From NCBI GenBank assembly GCA_965200965.1, contig OZ241744.1, positions 288,001-352,000 on the forward strand: a DNA stretch of 64,000 bases, written 5' to 3'. The notes beneath the pieces are model-generated. The model searched no databases. It saw nothing but the letters and a program-made list of their open reading frames with translations, and was not told the DNA's origin. Position numbers and translations under genes: made by a program. Position 1 is the stretch's first letter, and each line of letters starts with the position of its first letter. Shown here piece after piece: positions 28,499-38,104 of the stretch. Source of the DNA: an uncultured Candidatus Binatia bacterium (GTDB taxonomy: Bacteria > Desulfobacterota > Binatia > Bin18).

Positions 28499-29872
28499 AT
28501 GCCAACCTTTACCCACCGTTCGCGTATCCCAGCCCCGGCCGAAGCGGTTTTTCGCTGGCACGCCCGGCCCGGGGCTTTTGAGCGCTTGGTGCCCCCCTGG
28601 CAGCCGGTCGAACTTGTGGAGCGGAGCGGGGGCATTGAAAACGGTGCCCGGGTCGTCCTGCGCCTGCGGCTCGGTCCCTTTTCCCGGACCTGGGTCGCCG
28701 AACATCTGGACTATGAAGCTGACCGACAGTTCCGTGACCGCCAAGTGCGCGGACCGTTTGCCCGCTGGGAGCACACCCATCGGGTCGAACCGGACGGAGA
28801 CGCGGCCTGCTATCTTGAGGACCGGATCGACTACGCTCTGCCCTTTGGGCCGCTTGGCGCGGTGTGCGGCGGGGCGCTCACCCGGCGTAGCCTTGACCGG
28901 CTGTTCACCTATCGGCATACCATGACCCGGCAGGATATGCTTGCCCATACCGCTACACAAGGAGGAGTGCCGATGCACATTGCCGTGACCGGAGCCAGTG
29001 GACTGCTCGGCTCAGCACTGCTGTCTTTTCTGAGCGGCGGAGGACACCGCCTGACACGGCTCGTCCGCCCGGGGGCTACCGCAGGGGCCGCGGCTATTGA
29101 GTGGGACCCCCAGACCGGGCGCTTGGAAGCGGGTGCCCTTGAGGGCCTTGATGGGGTGGTGCATCTGGCCGGGGAGAATATCGCCGCTAAGCGCTGGACT
29201 GCCGGACAGAAAGCCCGCATCCGGGACAGCCGGGTTGCCCCGACCCGGCTGCTGAGCGAGACCCTGGCCAAGCTCTCGAGGCCGCCCAAGGTCTTGGTGT
29301 GCGCCTCGGCCATTGGATTGTACGGCGACCGCGGGGCCGAGCTGATGGCAGAGGACAGTCCGGCCGGCAGCGGATTTCTGGCCGAGGTGTGTGAGGCGTG
29401 GGAGGCGGCCAGCCAAGCGGCCCGGGACGCCGGCATCCGCACCGTGCTGCTGCGCATCGGCGTTGTACTCAGCCCGGCCGGTGGCGCACTGGCCAGGATG
29501 CTACTGCCGTTCAGGCTGGGAGCCGGCGGCGTGATTGGCACTGGAGAGCAGTACTGGAGCTGGATCGGCCTCGACGATGTCGTGGGCGCGATCCATCATG
29601 CGCTGCTGACCGCAACGCTGGAGGGGCCGGTCAATGCCGTGGCTCCACAGCCCGTCACCAACCGGGAGTTTACGAAAACCTTGGGCCGGGTCCTGAGCCG
29701 GCCGACGCTGCTTCCCCTGCCGGGATTTGCCGCCCGGCTGGCCCTTGGCGAGATGGCCGACGATCTGCTGCTGTCCAGCACCCGGGTTGAACCCGCCCGG
29801 CTGCTGGCCAGCGGTTACAGCTTTCGTCATCCAGAGCTGGAGGGCGCACTGCGCCACTGTCTGGGCAAGTGA
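28499..29872 (+). CDS. SRPBCC domain fused to TIGR01777 (YfcH-like) NAD-dependent epimerase
   Basis: N-terminal WHARPGAF.RL.PPW and GPFARWEHTH; C-terminal TGASGLLG, HLAGENIA, SAIGLYG, G.QYWSWI. Confidence 0.9.
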   Translation: MPTFTHRSRIPAPAEAVFRWHARPGAFERLVPPWQPVELVERSGGIENGARVVLRLRLGPFSRTWVAEHLDYEADRQFRDRQVRGPFARWEHTHRVEPDGDAACYLEDRIDYALPFGPLGAVCGGALTRRSLDRLFTYRHTMTRQDMLAHTATQGGVPMHIAVTGASGLLGSALLSFLSGGGHRLTRLVRPGATAGAAAIEWDPQTGRLEAGALEGLDGVVHLAGENIAAKRWTAGQKARIRDSRVAPTRLLSETLAKLSRPPKVLVCASAIGLYGDRGAELMAEDSPAGSGFLAEVCEAWEAASQAARDAGIRTVLLRIGVVLSPAGGALARMLLPFRLGAGGVIGTGEQYWSWIGLDDVVGAIHHALLTATLEGPVNAVAPQPVTNREFTKTLGRVLSRPTLLPLPGFAARLALGEMADDLLLSSTRVEPARLLASGYSFRHPELEGALRHCLGK

Positions 29873-31117
29873 CTAAGGATAGATGCCGCGCTGGGTCATG
29901 GCTGCGGCTACCCGCTCAATAGCCAGCACCTGGGACGCGGTGCGGCTGTCGATCCGTTTTTCACGCGCCAGGCGGGAGACCTGCTGAAAGCCGCGGACCA
30001 TGATCTGACGCAGGCGCTCATTGATCTCGTCTTCGGTCCAGAAGAAGGATTGCAGACCCTGGACCCACTCAAAGTAGGACACGCTTACCCCGCCGGCGTT
30101 GCACAGCACATCGGGGATAATAGACACCCCCCTGCTGATCAGCATCTCGTCGGCCTCCGGGGTAAGCGGGCCGTTGGCCCCTTCGGCCACGATCTGGGCC
30201 CGAACAGCCCCGGCGTTGGCCGCGGTAATCTGGTTTTCCAAGGCACATGGCATCAACACCTCGCACTCCAACTGGAGCAACTCGGCGTTGCTGATCGGCT
30301 CGGCCTGGGGGTAGCCGCTGACCGTCCCGTGCTGACGCGCATAGCGCAACAGCTCGCGGCAGGCTAGCCCGCTCGGATTATACACGCCGCCGCCGCCGTC
30401 GCTGACAGCAATAATCCTGGCCCCGCGTTCCTGGGTCAGATAGGCCGCCGGTGCCCCGACCTTTCCAAAGCCCTGGACCGCGACCCGCGCGCCCTCAATG
30501 GGGATTTTTCGGCGCTTGAGGGCTTCGAGGGTGGTAATCATGACGCCCCGTCCGGTGGCCTCGCGCCGGCCCAGCGAGCCGCCGATGACCAGGGGTTTGC
30601 CGGTCACGACGGCCGGCACGGAATAGCCGTGGTGCATGGAATAGGTGTCCATGATCCAGGCCATCTCGCGCTCGCCGGTGCCGACATCCGGGGCCGGGAT
30701 ATCGCCCTGGGGGTTCATCAGCACGCTGATTTCGGTCGCATAGCGGCGGGTGAGGTTTTCGAGCTCCCGGACCGACAGGTCCTGCGGATCACACACCACC
30801 CCGCCCTTGGCCCCGCCGTAGGGAATGCCCAGCACCGCGCATTTCCAGGTCATCCACATGGCCAGGGCGCGGATCTCGTCCAGGCTGACGGCGGGATGGT
30901 AGCGCAGCCCGCCTTTGGTCGGTCCCAGGGCGATATTGTGGTGGACCCGGTAGCCGGTAAACGCCCGCACCGACCCGTCGTCCATCTCGACCGGGAAGTT
31001 GACCGTCAGCTCGCGTTTGGGCAGGCGCAGATGGGCGACAATGCCGGGGTTGATGTCCACATACTGGAGGGCTTTGTCAAACTGTTGAAGCGCGGCTGCA
31101 TACAGATTCCCGGTCAT
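29873..31117 (-). CDS. gdhA: Glu/Leu/Phe/Val dehydrogenase (glutamate dehydrogenase)
   Basis: GPTKGGLRYHP, MTWKCA, GGAKGG, DIPAPDVGT, ATGRGV, VQGFGKVG, EGANGP, NAGGV.VSYFEW. Confidence 0.92.
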   Translation of the reverse strand: MTGNLYAAALQQFDKALQYVDINPGIVAHLRLPKRELTVNFPVEMDDGSVRAFTGYRVHHNIALGPTKGGLRYHPAVSLDEIRALAMWMTWKCAVLGIPYGGAKGGVVCDPQDLSVRELENLTRRYATEISVLMNPQGDIPAPDVGTGEREMAWIMDTYSMHHGYSVPAVVTGKPLVIGGSLGRREATGRGVMITTLEALKRRKIPIEGARVAVQGFGKVGAPAAYLTQERGARIIAVSDGGGGVYNPSGLACRELLRYARQHGTVSGYPQAEPISNAELLQLECEVLMPCALENQITAANAGAVRAQIVAEGANGPLTPEADEMLISRGVSIIPDVLCNAGGVSVSYFEWVQGLQSFFWTEDEINERLRQIMVRGFQQVSRLAREKRIDSRTASQVLAIERVAAAMTQRGIYP

Positions 31118-31152
31118 GCTTCCCCCACGAACCTGCACGATCCTGGACCGTC

Positions 31153-32319
31153 TCAGTTCAGGCCGTAGCAGTCCAGGACATTTTTCCCCAGCAGTCCGGG
31201 CCGGGCCGACTCCGGCAGCAGGGAGACGAGTTCAATCAGGTTGGGAATGTACTCGGGCGGATGGTCGGAGTGGGGAAAGTCGCTGGCCCAGAAAAACCGG
31301 TCTTCGCCCACAAAGGGAATCACCCCGGCGACCGAGCGCTCGTCGGGGTCGCCTGAAATCCAGCACTGCCGCCGAAAATACTCGCTGGGCTTGTTTTTCA
31401 GCGGCACGCTTTTGCCCAGCGGCGACTCGTAAGCGGCGTCCATGCGCTCAATCCAGTAGCCGGCCCAGCCGGCCCCGACCTCCAGGACAATGACCCTGAG
31501 GGCCGGAAACAGGTCAAACACGCCGTACTGGAAGAGGGTAGTGAAGCCCTCACGGATGACGTTGCCGAGGGCAACGTTCTGAAAAAAGGCGGTGTCTTTG
31601 CCGGTCATTTTGCCGAAGCGGGTCGGGGCGGCCCAGTGTGGCTCAAACGACGGATGAATGCCGAACGGCAGGCCAAGTTCCTCGGCCGCGGCAAAGATAC
31701 GGTGATGGTCGGGGTGACCGTGGGCCTTGCGACTCCAAATGAATGGCGGGGCGAAAAAGCCCTTGACGCCGTCTTTGGCCGCCCGGCGGAGTTCGGCCTC
31801 GGCCAGCTCGGGCAGCCCAAACGGTATATGGGCAATCGGAATCAGCCGCCCGCCTGAATCCGAACAGAAGTCCACGATCCAGCGGTTGTAGGCCCGGGCA
31901 TAGGCCATTGACAACTCCAGGTCGTCGCACTCCGGCTCCCACAGCAGCCCCAGGGTCGGATAGAGAAAAGCGCGCTCAATGTTCTCAATATCGAGACGCC
32001 GCAGGCGCTCCGCGGGGTCCATTGAGCCAAACGAGGCGTTATCAACATAGCCGCTGCCGGTCGGCTCGCGTTCGTAGCGGAAGCCGCCGAGTTGGTCCAT
32101 CACGCCCAGGCTTGACGGGGCACCGCGGCGGACCATTTTGCACGGCTTGCCGTTGACTTCAAGGTATTCAAGGCCGCCGTCGTCCTTGCGGATGCGAACC
32201 GCCCGGTCGCGGTAGTGCGCTTCCAGATATTTTTCCCACAGATCCGGGGCTTCCAGAATATGGCCGTCGGCGTCAACCGCCCCGGACATGGGCAAACTCG
32301 GCAAGTGTGGAGGTGTCAT
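31153..32319 (-). CDS. Amidohydrolase_2 family protein
   Basis: VDADGHILE, LYPT, IHPS, LEVGAGW, WASDFPH. Confidence 0.88.
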   Translation of the reverse strand: MTPPHLPSLPMSGAVDADGHILEAPDLWEKYLEAHYRDRAVRIRKDDGGLEYLEVNGKPCKMVRRGAPSSLGVMDQLGGFRYEREPTGSGYVDNASFGSMDPAERLRRLDIENIERAFLYPTLGLLWEPECDDLELSMAYARAYNRWIVDFCSDSGGRLIPIAHIPFGLPELAEAELRRAAKDGVKGFFAPPFIWSRKAHGHPDHHRIFAAAEELGLPFGIHPSFEPHWAAPTRFGKMTGKDTAFFQNVALGNVIREGFTTLFQYGVFDLFPALRVIVLEVGAGWAGYWIERMDAAYESPLGKSVPLKNKPSEYFRRQCWISGDPDERSVAGVIPFVGEDRFFWASDFPHSDHPPEYIPNLIELVSLLPESARPGLLGKNVLDCYGLN

Positions 32320-32471
32320 TGTCCCTCTCCTTTCGGCGCAAGCAGTAGCAGTACGATGAAAAGCATACCCCGGCCAACTTTTGAAGAGCCCCGGCCGGCC
32401 AGGAAGGGCGGCCGGCCTGTTTCCCTCGGTCTGCGCCTTCGCTAGGATGGGCGGGAGAAGGAGAAGCGCTT

Positions 32472-33650
32472 ATGCCTGGACCGCTTGCTGGCTACCGTGT
32501 CGTTGATGTGACGCAGATGTTGTCTGGCCCCATGTCAACCATGATCCTGGGCGATCAGGGGGCAGACGTGATTAAGGTTGAGCCGCCCGGGGGCGGGGAC
32601 CTGACCCGCGCCTTTGGCAGCAAGGGCATCTCCCCTACCTTCACCATGATTAACCGCAACAAACGCTCGCTGGCCATAGACCTGAAGCACGAGCGGGGGG
32701 TTGGGCTGCTCAAACAACTGGTGGCCGGGTCGGACGTTTTTGTCCAGAACTTCCGACCCGGGACAGTCGAGCGCATGGGCATCGGTGAACCCGCCCTGCG
32801 CACGGTCAAGCCTGAGTTGATCTATGTCTCGATCAGCGGCTTTGGCGAGCTCGGCCCGTATACGCACAAGCGGGTGTATGATCCGGTGATTCAAGCCCTG
32901 TCGGGCCTGACCGATATCCAACGCGACCCGGTGAGCGGCCGGCCCAAGATGATGCGCCTGGTCATTCCAGACAAGGTGACGGCGCTGACCGCGGCCCAGG
33001 CAATCACCGCCGCCCTGCTGGCCCGGGAGCGGACGGGCAAGGGCCAGCATGTGCGGCTGGCAATGCTGGACGCGGTGGTGTCCTTCCTGTGGCCGGAGGG
33101 CATGGCCGCCCACACCTTTGTGCGTGATGGCGGAGCGGCCCCACGACCGCCGGACACGCGCGACCTGATCTTTGAGACAGCCGACGGCTATATCACTGCC
33201 GGCGCAATGTCGGACAAGGAGTGGGCCGGCATGGTCCGGGCGCTGGACAAACCGGAGTGGCTTGAAGACGAGCGTTTTCGCACCCCGGCCAGCCGGATGA
33301 AGCACGCCGAGGCCCGGCTTGAAATGACCGCGGAGGTCATCAAAACGCGGACGACCGCCGAGTGGCTGGCCCGTCTCGATGCCGAGCAGGTGCCGTGCGC
33401 ACCAGCCCTCAGCCGCCGGGAAATGCTGAACAACGAGCAGCTCCTGGCCAACCGGCTGATCGTCGAGGCCGAGCACCCGCACGTTGGCCGCACCCGCATG
33501 ACCCGCCCCGCGGCCCGCTTTGAGGCAACGCCGGCCGAGCTGCGCCTGCCGGCCCCCATGCTGGGCGAGCACACTGAGCAGGTCCTAACCGAGCTGGGTC
33601 TGTCATCAGCCCAGATCACCGACCTGCGGACCACTGGCGTGTTCGGCTGA
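32472..33650 (+). CDS. CaiB/BaiF family III CoA transferase
   Basis: GPLAGYRVVD, GADVIKVEPP, NRNKRS, NFRPG, ISGFG, APMLGEHT. Confidence 0.93.
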   Translation: MPGPLAGYRVVDVTQMLSGPMSTMILGDQGADVIKVEPPGGGDLTRAFGSKGISPTFTMINRNKRSLAIDLKHERGVGLLKQLVAGSDVFVQNFRPGTVERMGIGEPALRTVKPELIYVSISGFGELGPYTHKRVYDPVIQALSGLTDIQRDPVSGRPKMMRLVIPDKVTALTAAQAITAALLARERTGKGQHVRLAMLDAVVSFLWPEGMAAHTFVRDGGAAPRPPDTRDLIFETADGYITAGAMSDKEWAGMVRALDKPEWLEDERFRTPASRMKHAEARLEMTAEVIKTRTTAEWLARLDAEQVPCAPALSRREMLNNEQLLANRLIVEAEHPHVGRTRMTRPAARFEATPAELRLPAPMLGEHTEQVLTELGLSSAQITDLRTTGVFG

Positions 33651-33766
33651 GTTGACCGGCCACGACTGTGGCAGGATTTTCCCTCCTGGTGCCAAGCCCG
33701 GCTCTGACAGACAGGGGGCCCGGCCGCGGCTTGACCCCGGCGGAGTTTCTGAAACACTCCCCAGAC

Positions 33767-34486
33767 ATGGCTTCTCCGCTGATCGAACTGCGCCGCTTGA
33801 CCAAGGTGTACCAGGAGGGCGAGCGGTCCCATGCGGTCTTGCGTGAGGTCAACCTGACGCTTCGGGCTGGCGAGTTTGTCGTCCTGGTGGGGCGCAGCGG
33901 TTCGGGAAAATCAACCCTGCTGAATCTGATCAGCGGGATCGATAGGCCGACCTCGGGCGAGGTGGTGGTGTATCCCGGCCCGGCCGAGCGGAGGCCGTTG
34001 TCCCTGGCCCGGCTCAGCGAGCACCACCGCACCCTTTTCCGCCGGCAGCATATCGGCTTTGTCTTTCAGTTTTTTAATCTGCTGCCAACGCTCAGCATTC
34101 AAGAGAATATCCTGCTGCCCCTGGAACTGAACGGCTGGGACACGGCGCGGGCCGAACAGGCCTGCCTGGCCATGCTCGACCGGGTCGGTCTGGCCGACCG
34201 GGCGGACGATTTTTCCGATCGCCTGTCCGGCGGTGAGCAGCAGCGGGTGGCGATTGCCCGCGCCCTGGTGCATGAGCCGCTCTTGATTCTGGCCGATGAG
34301 CCGACCGGCAATCTGGATAGTGAGACCGGCCGCACGGTGCTGGATTTGCTCGACCGTCTGACCCGCCAGGCCGGCAAAACCCTGCTGATGGTAACCCATA
34401 GCCAGGAGGTCATCGGCATGGCCGACCGCATTTTCCGTATCCAGGACGGCCATCTCTCCGAACGACCGATGGGCGAGTTGCGATGA
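33767..34486 (+). CDS. ABC transporter ATP-binding protein (LolD/MacB/AttE-like)
   Basis: Walker [29 protein letters not shown]. Confidence 0.93.
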   Translation: MASPLIELRRLTKVYQEGERSHAVLREVNLTLRAGEFVVLVGRSGSGKSTLLNLISGIDRPTSGEVVVYPGPAERRPLSLARLSEHHRTLFRRQHIGFVFQFFNLLPTLSIQENILLPLELNGWDTARAEQACLAMLDRVGLADRADDFSDRLSGGEQQRVAIARALVHEPLLILADEPTGNLDSETGRTVLDLLDRLTRQAGKTLLMVTHSQEVIGMADRIFRIQDGHLSERPMGELR

Positions 34487-37065
34487 GCCGTGTCCTGTGG
34501 CGGGCCAGCCGGCGCTATCTGCTCCACCATCGGTGGCAAATGGGCCTGTCTTTTGTGGGGGTGGCCCTTGGCGTGGCGGTTGTGGTGGCCATTGACTTGG
34601 CCAACAGCAGCGCCGAGCGCGCCTTTTTCCTGCTAACCGAAAGTGTGGTAGGCCGGGCTACGCATCAGATTGTTGGCGGCTCGAGCGGGATTGCCGAGGA
34701 GATTTTTCGCGCTGTGCGGGTTGAGGCCGGCGTCCGGCTGGCGGCTCCGGTGGTGGAGGGCGATGTGGCCGCACCCGACTATCCGGGCCGGACCTTTCGG
34801 GTGTTTGGCGTTGACCCGTTTGCCGAAGCTCCGTTTCGGCCCTACTTGGCGCAGCTGAATGCCCAGACTGCCCTGGTGTCCTTTTTGACCCGACCGGCAA
34901 CCGCCATCATGTCGTATGAGACGGGCCGTCAGCTTGGTCTGAGCTTGGCCACCGGCCAAGACGGCGCGCAGGCCGAGCGGGGCAACTCCCTCACCGTTCG
35001 GGCCGGCGGCGTCCGGCATCGACTCAGCATTATCGCCCTGCTGGAGCCGGCCGATGAGCTGAGCCGCCGGGCGCTGAACAGCCTGCTAGTGGTCGATGTG
35101 GCGACCGCCCAGGAGCTGCTGGGCATGACCGGGCGTTTGAGCCGGATTGATCTGATTATTCCGGGTGGGCCGGTCGGCCAGGCCGAGTTGGACAACATTC
35201 GGTCGGTGCTGCCGCCCGGTGCCGAGGTCCGCAGCGCGGCCGCCCGTTCGCAGTCAGTGGCCCAAATGACCCGCGCCTTCAGTCTGAATCTGAGCGCGCT
35301 GAGTTTATTAGCCCTCATTGTCGGTATGTTCCTGATCTATAACACCATGACCTTTTCGGTTGTCCAGCGTCGCCAGCTCATTGGAACCCTGCGCGTTGTC
35401 GGCGTCACCCGCCCGGAAATTTTTCGCCTGATTGTGGCCGAAGCCGGTCTGCTCGGTCTGCTCGGGACTGCCGCCGGACTCGCCTTGGGGGTTGTGCTGG
35501 CCGAGGCGCTGGTCCGGTTGGTGACCCGGACGATTACCGACCTGTACTTTGTCCTGAGCGTGCGCGAGCTGACGATCAGCGGACTGGGCTTGCTCAAAGG
35601 GCTGGGTTTGGGCCTCGGGGCCAGCCTCGTAGCTGCCCTGGCCCCGGCGGTGGAGGCCACGGCTACCCAGCCGCGGGCGGTGCTGAACCGCTCGACCCTT
35701 GAAGCCCGGTCGCAACGGGCCGTCCCCCGGGCGGCTGTGGCCGGCGTGGGCCTGATGCTGCTCGGGGCAGGTATCCTGCTGCTGCCCAGCCGCGATCTGA
35801 TCCTGAGCTTTGCCGGCCTGTTTGCGCTTTTCCTGGGCTGTGTCCTGGTCACGCCAGCGGCCGTGGTTGGCGTGTTGCGGGCCGGCCTGCTGTTGCTCGG
35901 GACGCGGGCGGATATTGTCGGACGCCTGTGTATGCGCGGTGTGCTGGCCTCGCTGAGCCGGACCGCGGTAGCGATTGCCGCCCTTATGGTCGCCGTGTCG
36001 GTGACGGTTGGGGTGGGCATCATGATTGAGAGTTTTCGGCAGACGGTGGCCTACTGGCTGGAAAACGCCCTTCAGGCCGACATCTATATTGCTCCTCCCA
36101 GCTTGGTGTCGCGCTGGAATGAGGGCCGGCTGGACCCGGCCCTTGTCGCCCGTCTGTCGTCCGCCCCGGGGGTTGAGGCGGTGCGTGTCTATCGGCGCGT
36201 GTCGGTGGAATCGCCAAGCGGCCGGGTCCAACTGGTCGCTCTCCAACTCGAGAGCGGCCGGCAGACCACATACCGCTTCATTGAGGGCCGGCCGGAGCTG
36301 GTATGGCCCGCCTTTGAGGCAGAGCAAACGGTCATCATATCAGAGCCATACGCCTACCATCACCGGCTGCGGCTGGGCGAGCAGGTCCGCCTGCGGACCG
36401 ACCGGGGGCTGAAAGATTTTCGGGTTGTCGGAATTTTTGCCGATTATGGTTCGGACCGGGGGCTGGTGATGATGAGCCGGCGGACCTATGAGCGGTTTTG
36501 GCACGACCGTGGCGTATCGTCGCTGGGGCTGTGGCTGGGTCCTGGACGGGATGTGGCGGCAATGGTCGCGTCGCTGCGGCGGCTGGTCGGCTCTGAGCAG
36601 GAGGTCGTGATCCGCTCGAATCGGGACTTGCGGCACGCCTCGCTGGAGATTTTTGACCGGACCTTTGCCATTACCTCGGTGCTTCATCTGCTGACAACCG
36701 CGGTGGCCTTTATCGGCGTGCTGAGCGCCCTGATGGCCCTCCAGCTGGAGCGCGAGCGCGAACTCGGCGTGCTGCGGGCGACCGGCTTTACGCCGCGTCA
36801 GGTGTGGGGCCTGGTTACGGCCCAGACCGGCGTGATGGGCCTGTTGGCCGGGCTGTTGGCCCTGCCGGTTGGCCTGATGCTCGCCTCGGTTCTGGTGTTT
36901 GTGATCAACCGGCGCTCGTTTGGCTGGACGCTGGAGTTGGAGATTGCCCCCGGCCTGTTTATCGAGGCGGTGGTCCTGGCCGTGGTGGCTGCGCTGCTGG
37001 CCGGGGTCTATCCGGCCTTCAGGATGGCCCGGACCCCACCCGTGCTGGCCTTGCGAGAGGAGTAG
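34483..37065 (+). CDS. FtsX-like ABC permease (AttF/AttG-like, duplicated MacB/FtsX architecture)
   Basis: Two MacB-periplasmic/FtsX halves; [26 protein letters not shown]; ATGA overlap with the ATPase gene. Confidence 0.9.
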   Translation: MSRVLWRASRRYLLHHRWQMGLSFVGVALGVAVVVAIDLANSSAERAFFLLTESVVGRATHQIVGGSSGIAEEIFRAVRVEAGVRLAAPVVEGDVAAPDYPGRTFRVFGVDPFAEAPFRPYLAQLNAQTALVSFLTRPATAIMSYETGRQLGLSLATGQDGAQAERGNSLTVRAGGVRHRLSIIALLEPADELSRRALNSLLVVDVATAQELLGMTGRLSRIDLIIPGGPVGQAELDNIRSVLPPGAEVRSAAARSQSVAQMTRAFSLNLSALSLLALIVGMFLIYNTMTFSVVQRRQLIGTLRVVGVTRPEIFRLIVAEAGLLGLLGTAAGLALGVVLAEALVRLVTRTITDLYFVLSVRELTISGLGLLKGLGLGLGASLVAALAPAVEATATQPRAVLNRSTLEARSQRAVPRAAVAGVGLMLLGAGILLLPSRDLILSFAGLFALFLGCVLVTPAAVVGVLRAGLLLLGTRADIVGRLCMRGVLASLSRTAVAIAALMVAVSVTVGVGIMIESFRQTVAYWLENALQADIYIAPPSLVSRWNEGRLDPALVARLSSAPGVEAVRVYRRVSVESPSGRVQLVALQLESGRQTTYRFIEGRPELVWPAFEAEQTVIISEPYAYHHRLRLGEQVRLRTDRGLKDFRVVGIFADYGSDRGLVMMSRRTYERFWHDRGVSSLGLWLGPGRDVAAMVASLRRLVGSEQEVVIRSNRDLRHASLEIFDRTFAITSVLHLLTTAVAFIGVLSALMALQLERERELGVLRATGFTPRQVWGLVTAQTGVMGLLAGLLALPVGLMLASVLVFVINRRSFGWTLELEIAPGLFIEAVVLAVVAALLAGVYPAFRMARTPPVLALREE

Positions 37066-37082
37066 AGCAGGGAGGGAGAGGC

Positions 37083-37595
37083 ATGGGCAAACGGGCTGTG
37101 CCTACGGTGTTTTTCTTTATCGAAAACCTTGGGGCTGGGATCTGGGTCGGTGCCCTGGCGGGATTTGGTTTTGCGGTGGCCGGCAGCGTCTTTGAGGAGG
37201 CACCGAGTATCACCGTGGCCGGGCATATCAACGCCGTCATTCTGGCCAGGCTCAACCGCCTGGAGGGCATGGCCGCGGCCTGCATGGGGCTTGGCACGCT
37301 GTACTTTGTGTTGCACACGGCAGAGCGCAGCCGGCTGCGGCTGGCCAAGGCCGGGCTGTGGCTGGTGATGCTGGCCGGGTTGCTGATATACGCCGGCCCG
37401 ATTGCCGACCGGCTGGAATATCTGCGAACGGTTGAGATCCAGGATTTTGATCACATTGACCCGGCCAAACAGGTCTTTCGTGCGGAGTTCGCCCGCCTGC
37501 ACGACTGGTACAGCCGGCTGGTCAAAGCCAACCTGGCGCTCGGGCTGGGTTTTGTCTTCCTGTCGGCGTGCGAGAGACGGGCGGCCAAGGACTGA
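37083..37595 (+). CDS. DUF4149-like membrane protein
   Basis: ATG after GGAGGGAGAGG; 4 TM helices; W.G, AG, F.RLH..Y motifs. Confidence 0.7.
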   Translation: MGKRAVPTVFFFIENLGAGIWVGALAGFGFAVAGSVFEEAPSITVAGHINAVILARLNRLEGMAAACMGLGTLYFVLHTAERSRLRLAKAGLWLVMLAGLLIYAGPIADRLEYLRTVEIQDFDHIDPAKQVFRAEFARLHDWYSRLVKANLALGLGFVFLSACERRAAKD

Positions 37596-37599
37596 GGCG

Positions 37600-37728
37600 G
37601 CGCGCTCGGAAGTCATCAACACGCTGAAAGCGCAGGAAGCGTTCAGCGGTTTCCTGTGGCCGCTCCATCATCGGGATATGGCCGGTGCGGGGCATGACCA
37701 CCGCTTCGGCGTTCGGCATCAGGGTAAG
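37600..37728 (-). pseudogene. C-terminal fragment of an alpha/beta hydrolase
   Basis: MPNAEAVVMPRTGHIPMMERPQETAERFLRF matches the GH.P..E.P catalytic-His end of alpha/beta hydrolases; no upstream body. Confidence 0.6.
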
Positions 37729-37734
37729 TGGAAG

Positions 37735-37842
37735 GGCATTGGCCTGTATGTGAACTGCGTGGGCCGGGGCAAGGGCCTGTAGGGCTTTGCCGACCTTGAT
37801 TCCTCGTATATTGCTCAGTATGCTGGCGATGTGCCGATTGGC
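37735..37842 (+). pseudogene. FIST C-terminal domain fragment with an internal TAG
   Basis: Frame reads GLYVNCVGRGKGL*GFADLDSSYIAQYAGDVPIG, resembling the FIST_C C.GRG..LYG motif. Confidence 0.5.
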
Positions 37843-38104
37843 AGAGATGAGTTCATTCAGAAAATCGCCAAGGGCATGGACCTGCCCGTTGCCCTGCTCG
37901 AACGGCTGACCGCGCCGCGCGCCCCGGGCGATACGCAAGACGGCGGCTGGCGGCTGTCGCGTATGCCGCGCATGGATGAAATTGAGGAGTTTCACCTTGA
38001 AGCGCGCTTTGCCTCCGCCGGTTGGCGCACCGCCCTGCGCTCGTTCATTGAGGACTGAGGGCAGGGCGAGAGAACTCCAGGCGAGAATCCTCCCCGGGGT
38101 GTCC

